The position numbers and the translations under genes are program-made. From Sphyrna mokarran (lineage: Eukaryota), in NCBI GenBank assembly GCA_024679065.1, contig JAGIQG010000001.1, positions 115,816,001 through 115,880,000 of the forward strand: DNA of 64,000 nucleotides, in the 5' to 3' direction. Positions 39,151 to 52,857 of this stretch are shown here, one piece after another; positions within the stretch are counted from its first letter, which is position 1; each line of letters begins with the position of its first letter. The notes under the pieces were generated by a model. It saw nothing but the letters and a program-made list of their open reading frames with translations, ran no database searches and was not told the DNA's origin.

Positions 39151-39684
39151 GAGAAAAATTGCTGCAAACCATTAATAGGTAGGGCATTTAGAGTAGAGCC
39201 TCTCTCTTCCCTCTACAGAGCCTTCCACCTCCCTCTACCGTCAACTCCAACTCTCCATCATGTTGAAGCAACTGCAGCTGGCAGAACTGCTGCAGCCTCT
39301 CACGGAAGAGGACATAAAACTCCTCTGCCCCAGCATGTGGCAATATTCCCTTTTAAATCCAGAAGGTCATTGTAGCGCCCCTCAAAATACAGCACACTAT
39401 TTCTACAAACTCTGCAAGAGCAACAGTAAGTCAAAAAGCACCACACCTCTAAGCTGGAGAACTGGTCTTCGAAAAGGAACGACTAAGAGGATCCTTCTGG
39501 CATTGGTTGGCACAGTGGTTGATATTTATTGGGACTGCCTGCTCCAAGTTTACAGAATGCAGGCCAAATTAGCCTGAGAAGCTGATGGACTTCACAATCT
39601 TCCCAATGCAAACACAGCCAAACCCAAATGAACTAATGTCAGTGTCAAGGATAAGTAATGATATAAGAATCTAAGGGAAGAAAA

Positions 39685-40128
39685 GCACAAAGAGTTGGAA
39701 AAGTAAATCACATGACCCCTTGAGCTTCCTCTGCTATTCAACATGATCATGGCTGACCTTCTGATTAAATCTATATTTCTACACATGCCCTAGATTCCTT
39801 GTTAAGAGAACAGAAACCAATAATCTGTCTCTGCTATCCTTCATTAGAATGAGGGAGTGGGACTGGTTGAGTTGTTCATCCGCAGCATTGATATTGATTT
39901 GACAGGCCATCTGCTCTCCTTCTGTTCCATAACAATTCTATGATTCCAAGAGGCTATGATAAACTCTTGGGCTCAAAGGGAATCAAGAGATATGGAGACA
40001 GGATGGGGCTTATGGGGGAAAGTCTAATGATGTTGAAGTTTAGCTGTAAATTTACTGAATGGTGGAGCAGGCTCAGTGAGCGATATGGGTCTACTCCTGT
40101 TGCTATTTCTACTGTGTTTTTTCTCTTA
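39685..40128. mobile_element. Cluster of short CR1 3'-end fragments, both strands
   Basis: Minus 39685-39830 (ctgctattcaacatgatcatggctga); plus 39850-39945 and 39960-40128 (aagggaatcaagagatatgg..ctactcctgttgctatttc). Confidence 0.7.
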
Positions 40129-41654
40129 TGACATTGTTCAACTGAACAGAAAGAAATAGCTGCTAGGAGAATAAAAATTTTATTGTGTGCATCAACACTG
40201 ATGATCTAACTAGAACATAGAGAGAACTGACAGGATAAAGATACAGCATGTACAGCAGAACTGGCACTGCAGCATGTTTTATTCCTGTTCTAAAATGTTT
40301 TTTAATTTGGAAATGGTAACTCATCTTTTGATAAAATGTCGTGACATGGAAATGAAAGCTACTTTTTTTTTGTCTAGAAATTGCAGACATCAATAAAATA
40401 AATATGGTTTTATTGATTTTTTTAGATGGTGAAAACAGAAGGAGAATACTTAGCTTCAGTATTTATTACTTTGAGAGAAAACCTTTAAACATTATATGAA
40501 ACAGAACTTTGTAAGAGGTAATCCTTACTTGCTTGTCAGGTTGAAAATGTGGGCCACGATGCATTCCCCTGCAGTCAGTAATGATTTTCTGGCACAGAGT
40601 CACCCTTATCCTTGATGCACAGACCTTTCCTAGACCATTTTTATCTGTGCCACCAATTTGAGGTCATTCAGTTGATTTTCACAGTCTCCTGCATCAATCC
40701 CAGATTATTTTTAGATTTTATAGAGGTTTTGGCCACATTCAACAAGACATTTCAACATCTTTTTGCCTTCCACACAGGATTTTGAGTTTGAAATATCCTC
40801 GTAACTTCTGATCAGACTTTATACTAAAACATGAAGCGTGAATTATAATTAATGGATGCTTGGTTCATTATGTTTCTCCAGTTACCAAACAATGGAAAAT
40901 AAGCCAGTTGTCACTTAAAGGTCAAGAGGGTCATTTCTGGTTGTTAAGCTATTTAATTTGCAGGATTCCATCTTATGTTCCATTGGGTGGCTTAAATCAG
41001 AGACAGCTGCAAATTATCATGCAAATAGCATAAAATGCCGTGCTAATGGTTGGGCAGTAGCTGTGCATAATTATTATGCTGTTACCAACAAAATATCCAC
41101 AACAGAGAAAAATGCGCTCACAATGAAAACATTCAACACTCGCCAGAGCTTGAATTTTGGCTGACACTGAGCCTTATTGGGGTTGGCATTTAATGATGAG
41201 GAAATTGTCCAGCCTTGGCCAAAACATGAGAGCTATTTCAACTGTGGCAGCAAAAGTGGCTCTCGTGTGGCCAGGAAATCCAATGTAAGATGAGTTGCCA
41301 ACTAGCTGTCTTCTGACAGGTAGGAGAAATTACAAATAAACATGATTTTACAATTACTCAGGGGGTAATTTGGACTGAAAATGCTATTCTAAGATTTAAA
41401 GTAAATCCATGGATGATTTCCTTTATGATTATTTGCCTCTGCAAATGACAGCAAGGTCATCAGTAGCCAATTTGTACTTTGCCTGTGGAGCACTTATATG
41501 GGCATGGGACAAAGTTTTATGGAGCATAAATAGATATTTCTTGCACTGTAAACAGAGTATTTAATGTGAATATTTCAGCAAAGAGTCTGCAGGAGAAACC
41601 ACAGGCCAAATTTGCACGACTGAGGTGGGTAGCTGAAGTTGGACTACAAGGTGA

Positions 41655-41770
41655 TAAGAAGTATGAAAAGGAATAGGCCGTTCAGCCCCTCAAACCTGCT
41701 GCACCATTCAACAGGATCATGGGCTGATCCAACATTCCTCATGTCCATTTTGCTGTCCTTTCCCTGTAAC
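41655..41770 (-). mobile_element. CR1 LINE 3' end
   Basis: ggaataggccgttcagcccctcaaacctgctgcaccattcaacaggatcatgggctgatc. Confidence 0.8.
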
Positions 41771-42984
41771 ACACATTTCCCAAATGGGTAGACTTGCCTT
41801 GGTTTACAGAGCCCAGAATTACTTACCTTTTTCACTCCAGGGAGGCAGGGAGTAAGATAGAGTTAGCTCCACCAACCTTGGAAGTTGATGTTGGTGACCA
41901 TGAGTCAAGCAAGTGTTGAACTAGGTTGGTTAAATGATTGGACGTCTGGATTTCCTGTTTTCATTATGAATGGTGAGCTGAGAATCCAAAGCAATAAAAA
42001 CAATGGATCAACAGGGAATTGTTTTGACAAATGGAATGAATTGCTGACTTTGCATGATTGGGTACCTTTAAGTACTTAAAGTAAGGTATTCATTCTGTAA
42101 TCTCTTTTGTCAATGTCTCAAAGTTTATTTGGACATGATGAGGAGGTGTGATATCTTTGAAGCCTTCATTACTTGTACTTTAATGGTCTGTTTAATTGAC
42201 ATCTTATAGGATGCAAGGTTTTTTTCAATGAACATTTTGGAATAAATTTATTTTTTGCTAGCAGTTCCACACTTTCCATTGTCATTATGTGGCTCATTTG
42301 TTGTGTAATAATGCAGTCTGGTGAATAGACTTCAAAGGGACTTCATTCTAATTTAAGTTGGCATGGAGAGCATGAAACCCATTGGGAGTGATGTGAGGTC
42401 ATGAGTTGGCATGGAGGGCATGAGGCACTCTGGGAAGTAGCTGGGGGTCACACGTTGGGCATACACCTAATCAAATAGCAATCAAAGTAATCAAATTGCT
42501 TGAAATACTTTTACACTTATTTTCTAAAAGTTTCTGAAATCCAGAATATGGTTCTTCTGAGGGGCCATTTGCCACAGGTCCTGAAAAAGTTGCCCCAATG
42601 CCACAAAAATTGTGGGGGCTAGGAAATGCCTTTCTCCATCAGAAAGCCAGCAACGTTAGATGTGCACTACCCGTACCCTAATCCTGTGACTGACGGAACC
42701 AGAAATGGGATCGGGATTCCTGGAATCTAGTTCCGCCTCTCCGTTTTTGAATGGTTCTGAAATCATCCCAACTTCATAGAAAAAACTGGCCCTACACTTG
42801 AATCCAATACACCTGAAGTCAACTGAAGCATTGATGGTAAGGAAAAAACTTATGGCCAACCACTGTAATGCTGAATTCATTTGTAAAATATGTTTCTGCT
42901 GATTTATTAAAAATAATTAAATCCTTAATTAAAGTACAAAAAATATACTGTCCAAAAGTATATTTTGTTTTATAATTGTGAGCA

Positions 42985-43512
42985 GCTTTGTGCTCCATTT
43001 CTAAGGATGGATGGGCTGGCCTTACAGGGCATCCAGAGGAGATAAACAGGAATGATCCCAGCAATGAAGGGTCTGTCATATGAAGAGCAGTCAAGGTCTG
43101 TACTTGATGGAGTTTAGAAGGATGGTTTTGGGGGGGGGGTTCTAATTGACACTTACAGAAAACTGAGAAACCTAGATAGAATGGACAAAGAGAGGATGTT
43201 TCCACTATTGAAAGAGATTAGAATTCGGGGGCACACTCAGAGTGAGGAAATGCTTTTTTAAAACTAAGAAGGAATTTCTTCAGCCAGAGGGTAGTGAATC
43301 TGTGGAACTCATTATCAAAGAGGGCTGAAGAGGCCAGGTCATTGAATGTCTTTAAGACAGAGATAAATAGGTTCTTGATCGATAAGAGGATCAAGGGTTA
43401 TGGGGATAAGGCAGGAGAATGGGGATGAGAATCATACAAGCCATGATTGAATGATGGAGAAAACTCGATGGGGCTAAATAGTCTAATTCTGCTTCTATAT
43501 CTTATGGACTTA
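42985..43512 (+). mobile_element. CR1 LINE 3' portion
   Basis: gctccatttctaagga..ctgtacttgatggagtttagaaggatg..ggaatttcttcagccagagggtagtgaatctgtggaac..ctaattctgcttctatatcttatgg. Confidence 0.9.
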
Positions 43513-44479
43513 TCTATGTAGTATACACACAATTTCCTCACAGAAAAAAAATACTACTTCCGCTTTTCCTTTGAAATGAAATTGTAAATGCATGTGGAAA
43601 GAATCCATTTACAACCAGCCTAAAATGAGTTGAACCATTAGGTAAACACTAAATTTCACAAAAAAATAAAGATTTGTACAAGAGAAGGGGACATCAAAAG
43701 TATGTCAATGTAGAATATTGTTTACCATATCCTAGTTCAGTAGCCAAAGAAAAATGTACTTTATATTTAGGGTAGGTTTTCTGTATGACTTTCAGTTAAC
43801 ATTGTTAGCAATTAATAATGTGCATTCTTTTTAAATTGAACAGTTTTCTGAAATAAAAACACTTAATACTTTAATATTAAATAATTACACTGGTGCTACA
43901 TATCCAAGTTTCATCATTTTATGATGTGTGTGATTTGCAGTGGTGACTTTTCCCATTGCTGTTAATTCCACAAAGAAAATTCTTAAATCCGGCATCACAT
44001 ATTTTTCACAGGCAATGCTGAAAATGTAAATATATTTTCAGTCTACAAAATATTACTTTTGTGAGCCGCCTCATGTCAAAGTTTTGTTTTAGATTCTGAA
44101 TATGGTTAAATTCATAGTATGGAATTTTACAACGAATCATTATAGATGGGAGCACGTGAGTTTTTAAAATTGATATTTGGATCATTTTGAGTTTTACAGT
44201 GTGAAAAAAAGGAGCAGAATACTTCAGTTTGACAGACTAAAGATACATTTATATAATATCTGATGGCGTATAAAATATATACCCTTCAAAAACTTTATTT
44301 TGCCAGCAACTTGTACTCCAGGAGAACAGAATACAGTTGTGTTCTCAATACTCCACCAAGTTGGTGTGGGGAGCGGGAGGGGGAGGGGTGGGGAGGAGGT
44401 GGTCTGCTCATCTGCATTACTGTGGCATGCTGCTCAGCACTAAGCATACTACTCAGAACTGCAGGCTTAGCATGGAGTG

Positions 44480-47330
44480 AAGTTTTGTGTGTGGCTAACA
44501 CCAATTAAAGCCAATCTGCACATCTTAAAGCCAGCCTGGATTCCTTAAAGCGGAGACGCGTGCCGGATGCAGCAGGTGCTGGAAACGGCTGGGGAAGACT
44601 TCCTGAGAAAGAAAAATGATAGAAATTGGCCAGCAGATCAGAGGGAGAGCAATCCTAGGTTCTCAGATCAGGAGGTGGAAAGGAAGACCGAGGAGGCCCT
44701 CCAAATGTAAACTAAAACTGGTGGTTGCAAACAGCCAAGGAGGTCAGTGCCAGAAGTCTGGTCTTGAATAATGGATCAAATAACTTCACAAAAGTGGTCA
44801 AGATTACTGAATGCATCTTTTAAATGGCATCTCCTATCAACCATTTTGCCAACTGTTGAGTGTACCATACCCCCGTTACTCACAATTCTAGAAAGCAGCC
44901 CTCATGTCTAAGTCATACACTTTACTTCATCCTCCCAAACAAGCTTTGCCCCCACATTGCAGTTTCATACATTTACATCTGTGACAGGTACAAAAGCTGT
45001 AACACGCCTGTTGATACTTTTCCCTTTCTCTTTTACAGGACATGATTGCACATAGCTGGAGACAGCAGCAAAGGAGCAGTGAAGAACAAGCATGGCTGCA
45101 TGTTTTCAACTGAGGAGACGACACTGGTCAACATTATTGGATTCATCACCGAGAGCTTGGCAACCAGCATTGCTAAAGCTATCAATGATGTACCTTATGT
45201 ACCTTCTGAAAACCTACTTCACCCTCACCCTGCAGCCTTATACAAAGTATAGGATGCAAATGGTTATCCTGTTGTTTTGCAGAGCAGGGTGAAAGGGTAG
45301 CATCTGTGTTAGCTCCCAGGAGACTGAGGTTGCAGATGAATCCTGCTATAGGGAACTTAAAGTTTATTCATTAATGTCACAAGTAGGCTTATATTAACAT
45401 TACAATGAAGCTGCTATGAAATTCTAGTCTTCACGTACTGTTTGGGAACACTGACAGGGAATTTAGCATAGCCAATGCACATAATCAGCATATCTTTTGG
45501 ACTGTGCGGGGAAACCAGCGTACCAGAGGAAACCCACATAGATACAGGAAGATCGCGCAATCAGCATAGATAGTAACTTAAGCCAGGAATTAAACCCAGG
45601 ATTCTGGTGCTCTGAGGCAGTAGTGCCAACTACTGTTTCACTATGTCGCCCTCAATGATGAATTTGATCATATGGAGAAAGCTGATGTGTGTGCAAACTG
45701 GAACTGTTTGGTGCATTGGCAGAGCGGACGGTAATTCTCTTCTCACTGTCAAGGAGCGTGAAGGAGTTCAGCTCCAATGTGGCACAGAGCTTCACAAGGA
45801 GCCCACCATTCCCAACATGGAAGTGGTACCCAGCTCATGACAACACTTGCATATCTAGCAGTGATGCAGCATCTGTAGCATTGTCCCTATGTCCATTCCA
45901 GCATAAACAGAAGCCACCTAAAAGTCCACCACAGCAGGAAACATTGCAGCCTGGCTCTTCATCAGTGGCAAAACCTCCCTAATAAAGACAGAGACTAGCA
46001 AGGGATTCCAGGCCATTGGCAGCTAGATGCCAAGTAGGCTCAGTAATGAACTAATGACACCCGTTATCCTTAATCTCACCACAGTTTAGTGGTGACCAGC
46101 CCCCCAGTAAACTCCCCCAGTCACCAAACTCTGCCTGATTGAGTGCATCTAGAATTGGTTTTGATCACAGAAAGCTACCTCTCCTGTCCTGGCCTTCAAT
46201 GACCCCATGTACCCCCTCCCCCAAAGCCCCAGCATGTGAGCCACATTCCATTCAACACACCTTTGATTTTGGCTGCCAAGATGATCTTGGATCGCTGCTG
46301 GTTGCATTGCCTCCACTCTCCTTGGTGCTGGTAATGGGCAGCTGTCAACATTTGGCTGACAGCTCTCATCATGTAGGACCTCCACCACTAGGATACTCAA
46401 CCACGGGAAAGGCTCAAGGATGGCCACTTAAATGCCTGAAGGGCACTTGATTCCTTAGACGCCTCTCACTGAACTGAAGGGGAAGGTTCTCCACCAGTGG
46501 ACGAAATCACTGTCAATTTGACTTTACTTCTGCACTGGAAGCTCAGACTGAGATCATGAAATCTCTTTGCCATGTAAGAAGCTAGGCACAGCATAGCTCA
46601 GCCTGCTACCATCATCGATGTGGATATAAATGCTCAAAGGGGCTTTTAGGGTGCCTCAGCTCAGCAATCTGTGCTCCATTGGATGATGTGATTAATAGAT
46701 TTGCTATCCCAGTGAACTGGCAGTGGTTCCATGGTGAACTTACTGTCTTACCTCAGGGTGACAGTATTCCTGCTCTTAGCAATCACACTGTGTGTACCCT
46801 CTGTTGCCTGACAGCCAGCTAACCAACCAGCCCAAACTGCTGCCACCCAGGCTGAAACAGTGCAGATTGAAACTAGAGCCTGAAGGCCGGGAGATGCACC
46901 ACAGCCTACTGCAAAGACATTTGTTTTTTCCCCCATTGAAAGTCAGCAGTATTCAACCAGTCTTGCTGCAGCATGAGGTGCCTAGTGTGACTGAACACAT
47001 CCTCAGCTCTGTTGCAGGTTCTGGTACCTTTCAAGATTACTGCACAAGTAGACACAGGCGCTGATTAACATTGAAACTGTTTCTTTATCGCTGTCACAGT
47101 CAAACTAATGAGGAAACATAGATCCTGTGATGTAACGATGCACTGGCTTACAAAGTATGGCAAGCCAGACAAAACAGGTGAGGACCAAAATAGCAAGCCA
47201 GGTCTGGAAATCAGAGCAAGATATTGACTGATATCATAGTATGCCCACTCTATGTACTTCTGGTACACATACATAGGGGCACCTGCATAGTGGCACTCCA
47301 AACACCCCCCCCACTGCCCATACATCTAAA
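44480..47330. mobile_element. Second decayed two-ORF Harbinger element
   Basis: Plus strand Myb/SANT-like pieces (PRFSD at about 44655; acceptor ttttacag|gacatgattgcacat at 45038, DMIAHSWRQQQRSSEEQ). Weak transposase-like residues on the minus strand at 46330-46950. Confidence 0.55.
45354..45651 (-). mobile_element. V-SINE, tail type B
   Basis: aaagtttattcattaatgtcacaagtaggcttatattaacattacaatgaag.. plus V-SINE body and head. Confidence 0.88.
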
Positions 47331-47342
47331 CCCTCCAAAACC

Positions 47343-47652
47343 CACGATGGTGGCACAATGGTTAGCATTGAAACCTCATAGCGCCAGGGACCCAGGTTTG
47401 ATTCCCAGCTTGTGTCACTGTCTATGAAGAGTTTGCACGTTCTCCCCATGTCTGTGTGTGGATTTGCTCCAAGTGCTTCGGTTTCCTCCCACAGTCTGAA
47501 AGACATGCCGGTTAGGTGTGTTGGCCACACTAAATTCTGCCTCAGTGTACACGAATAGGCACTGGAATGTGATGATCTGAGAATTTTCACAGTAACTTCA
47601 ATGTGGTGTTTATGTAAGCCTACCTTGAGGCACTAATTAATGAATAAATAAA
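47343..47652 (+). mobile_element. V-SINE, tail type B
   Basis: ggtggcacaatggttagca head; tail ttttcacagtaacttca..tgtaagcctac..aataaataaa. Confidence 0.88.
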
Positions 47653-48204
47653 ACCCAGGGCTGCCACTACAAGGTAACCTGCATTTAGCTGGCAGCCTGG
47701 TAAGCATCCTTGATGGGGCCTTTACATATTTGAGTTGGCTGCCTAATTCTAGTACCATTAACATGGCTGAACATGGGAGCAAATCTGCCACCAATTCATA
47801 GGATTATATGCCCCACCTCCCCCACTACCCACCAACCCATCCCAATGCTTCCATTCTCACCTCACAGGATCCTCATGTCTGTTTACAGGAGTAACCTGTG
47901 CCACTCAATCTGTAACAATAACTGCAGCACAGCCACAATGTGTAATAATTGTATTATCATTAAATATGTAAGGCTAGTCACAGGCATAGATTTAAAATAA
48001 TTGGCTAAAGAAATCGAGTGAAATTACGATAATTTTTTTTTCCACACAGAGTGGTTGAGATCTGGAACAAATGACCGAATATCATGGTTAAAGCAGATTC
48101 TACTGGCATTTTCAAAAGACAATCATAAGACAGTTGAATGTTGGGGAGATGGGCAAGACTATTTCTGGTTCAAGAAGCTGCGACTTATTGCACATAAATA
48201 TAGT

Positions 48205-48467
48205 GTTGAACATGTACTTCATCGGCTTGGCTCCTGATCATGCTTGATAAAGTACTGTTGGCTTGCCATCGCCTTTTGCAGTATGGCTGACCAGGAAACT
48301 CGCTCACTCCTACTGCCTAACATCAGACATTTTGGAAAGTTTTATAGGCTGATAATCAACCTACTTAACCACCTTACAAACATATCTTCTTTGGCCATCA
48401 AATTCTGAAGTGATACATGAACCCAGAACTTACGGTCCAGAGGTAGTGATGTTACTGTTGCACCACT
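48205..48467 (-). mobile_element. tRNA-derived SINE of another family (possible RTE-type tail)
   Basis: Reverse strand gtggtgcaacagtaacatcactacctctggaccgtaagttctgggttcatg head; ttgccatcgccttttgc near the tail. Confidence 0.5.
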
Positions 48468-48699
48468 GTTAACTAAAATTAAAGACATAACATTTCTCTA
48501 TCTTAAAGTATTTGCATCTTTGCTGGTTGAATGTCATATGACCTATGGTGACAGAAGTAAAGGGGTTTGTGGCATTTCCATGTTGGACCTTGGATGTTAA
48601 TACTCCTAAATAAACATGCATTGTTTCTGACTTTAACACACGAGTGTGGCACCTCATTACTTTTCTTTTTTGTTGAAATTCCCAGTCAGTATTTGACAA

Positions 48700-51600
48700 G
48701 AAATAGTTCATTTTGTTTGGGACTAATGATAAGGAAACCATAATGCTCAGAGAGGTATTTTGCCAACCAAGTAGTAGTGAGGAGGAAGTGTAATGAGACA
48801 TATACAAAGAAGTTGACAAAATGGATAAATTACATCAACAAATAATTATTGGGAATTCAACTACCCCCAAATAAAGTTACAAATAGGGAGTAGGAAAAGG
48901 AAAGAAGAGCATTACGTTTTACAATATATACAGGGCTCCTTTCTTATCCAATTTGTAAGAAGCTCAAGCAAAGGGGAATCATCTCTGCATACAGTAATGG
49001 AAAATGTACCACAGCAGATACAAGATGATATCACAGGGGAACACATAAGGAATACATTGAAATTGACAAAGGAACAGCAGTCTAAACATATAAACAATGA
49101 AGAAGAGGATGGCAAATGAATTATGAAAAGATCTGAGAAGAAGTCAAAACATAATTAGGAAAGCAAAAATAGGAACTTGAAAATTAAATCACAAATGGAT
49201 ATAAAAGAAGTACTCAAACACTCTAAAAGATATGTGACAAACAAAATAAAAATGAGGATAGGAACTTAGGGATGACAGGCAATGACAGCTAATTTGCTTT
49301 CTTCAGTATTTATCAGGGAAACTAACAAGGTGAGCAAACATTAAAATCAAATATTGTATCAAATTGAAAGAAGTGTAATCAAACTTAGAGTAGATATGAA
49401 CTGATTAGAAAAGGGAAGTGTGCCTTAAAATTTAGCAGACAGCTAATATAGTTTGTGTGCCAAAAAGGAGATACAACAACTCCAGGAGAAAACTAGATCA
49501 GTTAGCTGAAGGTCATTGGTAGGAAAGGTAATGTAATTCTTACTCAAGGATGTGGCAGAAAAACATCTAGAAACCTAAAATATAATTACAAGCAGCCAGC
49601 ATGATTTTCAAAAGGAAAGGCCATTCTTGACATTTCACATTGAATTCTTTGAAAAGTAACAAAGAGTAGACTGGATTAATGTCACTGGTATTATGGCTAT
49701 GGAAATTGTTAGGAGATAGGAGACAGAAAGTAGGCACACTGAGTATGTACTCCATTTGGCAGGATTTAAGGGACAGTGACCATTGTTCCATATCTTTTTC
49801 CATAGCCTTATGATACAAACAGGAGCAAGAATAATTAATTAGGGATAAGCCAACTTTGATGAGATGGAGGAAGTAGGCATGAGTTGAGTAAGTTGGAATC
49901 AAATAGTGGCAGAAAAGACAGTGGCTGAACAATAGGCCGCCAAAGAAAATAGCAAGAGGAATGGACTGTTAACCTTTTGCTCAAGAGGACTGGTATATAA
50001 AGAGGTAGACATTATATTATAGTTACATAAAGCACTGGTTTGATACAGTTCTGGGCATCACACTTTAGGGAGAATATATTAGATGTAGAGTTTGTTCAAC
50101 ACATATTCTCCAGAATAGTCAATATTGTAGCCAATATCAAGGTATTTGCCTTAAAAGAGAAAGTGGGACAAAGAAATCGAGAGAGCCCTGGGTGTCAAAA
50201 AACAGATGGAGATAAAGATGAAAGGGAAGAAGGAGGCATACAATAGATGCCAGATAGAACATACAATGGACAATCCGGCTGGATATTGAAAGACCAGAGG
50301 GGAAGTAAATAAAAAGACTAATAAGGAAAGCAAGGAGAGCGCATGAACAGAGACTGGCAGCTCACACAGAAAGGAATCCTAAGGCTTCCATATGCATGTA
50401 GATGATAAAAGGGTGGTAAAAAAAGGTCGATTTGGGATAAAAAGGGGATCTGTGCATTGAGGCAGGAAAAATAGAAGAGATATCAAATAAGTAGATTGCA
50501 TCTGTCTTTACAAAGGAAGAAAATACTACATAGGACAAGATGAGAAAGATGGTAATTGGGTACACTAGAGGAATTTATAACTGGGAAGGAAGGGATTTTG
50601 GAAAGGATATTTTCATTTAAAATAGGCAAGCTATCAGGACTGGATCAGATGCATCCACGGGTACTGAGGGAAATAACAGTGAAAATTCCAGAGGCACCAG
50701 TGATAATCTTCCTTAGACACAGGAATGGTGCCAGAGAAGTGGAGAGTTGCAAATGTTATACCTTTGTTCAAAAAGGTTGTGCAAGGATAAAGCCGCAACT
50801 ACAGGTCATAAGGCAATTTGACTTCAATGGTCAGGAAACTTTTGGAAACAGTAGCTCAGGACAAATTCAATAATCAATTACACAACTGCAGGATAAATAA
50901 AGAAAGCATCATGGTATAAAAGAGAAAATAAACATTTGGATAAAAATTGGCTGAGTGTCAGGAAACTGTTTTGATTGAGGTCTTCAAAAGAGAATTGGAT
51001 TGCTATCTAAAAAGAAAGCATATGCATAGAGGGATAAGGCAGGGGCATGGGATTAGAAATAAAGCTCTTTCAGAGAGCCAATGGTGAATCAATGGGCCAA
51101 ATGGCTTCTGTAACAATTCTGTGATGTGACTAGTGGTGTTATACTGCATTGGAAGTCAACTTTTCATGATATTTATAACCAGCTTAGGTGAGAGCCATTT
51201 AATCAGATTTGTTGATGACACCGAGTTGGCAGATACAGCACATATTGTAGATGGAACAAAAAAGTCACAAAGTGACATGGATAAATTTAATAAGTAGACA
51301 AAATTGGCAGATAGAGTTCAATGCAGAGAAATGAGAGGTCATTACTTTGGACCCACGAATGATAGATCAGAACATTTTCTAAATGGGGAGAAGCTAGAAA
51401 TTGTGTAGAAGTGGAGAAGATTTAGGAGTTCAAGAACAGAAATCACTATAAGCTAGTGGGCATGTACATAAAGTAATTAAAGAGAGTAATGGACTGTTAA
51501 CCTTTCTCTTAAGAGGACTGGAACATAAAGAGATAGAGGTTATATTATAGTTGTATAAAGTGCTGGTTGGACACAGTTCTGGGCATCACACTTCAGGAAG

Positions 51601-52065
51601 GATTTATTAGATTTGGAATTTGTTCAACACATATTCACCAGAGTTACGTGAGGGCTAAAAGGAGTAAAACATTAGGCCAGTTTCCATAGAGAAGTGTTAT
51701 ATTTCCTTGAATGAAATAGATTAAAGTGTGATCTAGTTGGATTCTTTAAGATGATTGAAGGATTTAATAGGATAAAGAGAAGCTTTGGCATAGAGTCTGG
51801 AACAAGAGTGTTCATTCAGAATCTTCATTCAGAGGTGGAGTCAAGAAACATTTTGTTACATAAAGGATAACGAATTGCAGAATTGTCTCCCTCCCAAAGG
51901 TTTTTTGAGGTTAGGTGAATTAAAAATGTCAAAACCAAGATTGATTGATTTTTGTTAGATATTATTAATAGTTCTGGAACTAAGGCTAGTAGATACAGAT
52001 CAGCCATCATCTAACTGAATGCTAAACAAACTCAGTGAGCTGAATGACCTAATCCTGTTTCTCTG
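48700..52065 (+). mobile_element. Long decayed CR1 LINE ORF2 (endonuclease to 3' UTR) with a nested second CR1
   Basis: IIIGNSTTP/GxFNYP-like endonuclease motif at about 48845; SGLDQMHPRVLREI at about 50635; RFVDDT at about 51205; 3' ends at about 51125 and 52065. Confidence 0.85.
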
Positions 52066-52721
52066 TAGGCTGCTTTGATGTCAAGACTAGTTACTTTCAT
52101 TTATTTTCTGGCATTTAGCCTCTTTGCCAACTTAATTCCAACTCACGACCTCCCATGTCCACCTTACACCTCCATGCTAACTTAGCATACACTATGGGCA
52201 GACCAATGTTGAGATGAAATAAAAGTTCAAATTATCTGACTAAAATTTCACTTACACAATTTCACTCATGAAATTTTATTCAATACATTGAAACCACTCA
52301 TATTTAATCCTTTGTAAAGACATTTGTAAGCATAATGCTGATTCAAAGGCAATAATTTTCTTAATAACCCCTTGGAGCTGTCAAACTGTAAATACACTTT
52401 ATTTCCTGATTCCACCTCCTCCCCCACCAAACTGGCAGTGATAATAATTATTTGTGGAAATGGTAAAGCCATAATAAGATGCAGACAGGCAATTTTTCTT
52501 CAAGATTTAAAGAACAGGGGATTTAAATAATTTGAAAGCTCTACACCCCTTATCTGGCCTCCAAGAGCATTTCCAGCTGTACCCCACTCACACAAACACA
52601 TTCATACATTTTGAGATTCTGTTTACTTTGATGCAGTATTCCTTCAACGATCTGTATTTTAATTTATCCTTCAGCTTGTTGATTTAGTTTATTGGGTTAA
52701 TCAAAAGATGCACTCAACAGG

Positions 52722-52857
52722 ATGTAAGCAAAATACTGCAGATGCTGAAATCTGAAACCAAAACGGAAAATGCTGGAAGATCTCAGCAAATCTGGCAGCA
52801 TTTGCGGGGAGAGAACACAGCCAGCGTTGAGTCTAAGTGACCCCTTGTCAGAGAACC
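52722..52857 (-). mobile_element. Penelope-derived short element with degenerate hammerhead-like motif
   Basis: gcaaaatactgcagatgctgaaatctgaaac..atgctggaagatctcagcaaatctggcagcat; reverse strand ctgacaaggggtcacttagactcaacg. Confidence 0.6.

Noticed and set aside
40520-40575. Possible small minus-strand exon (cag|...|gtaagg)
   Set aside because: Poor polypyrimidine tract and uninformative translation.
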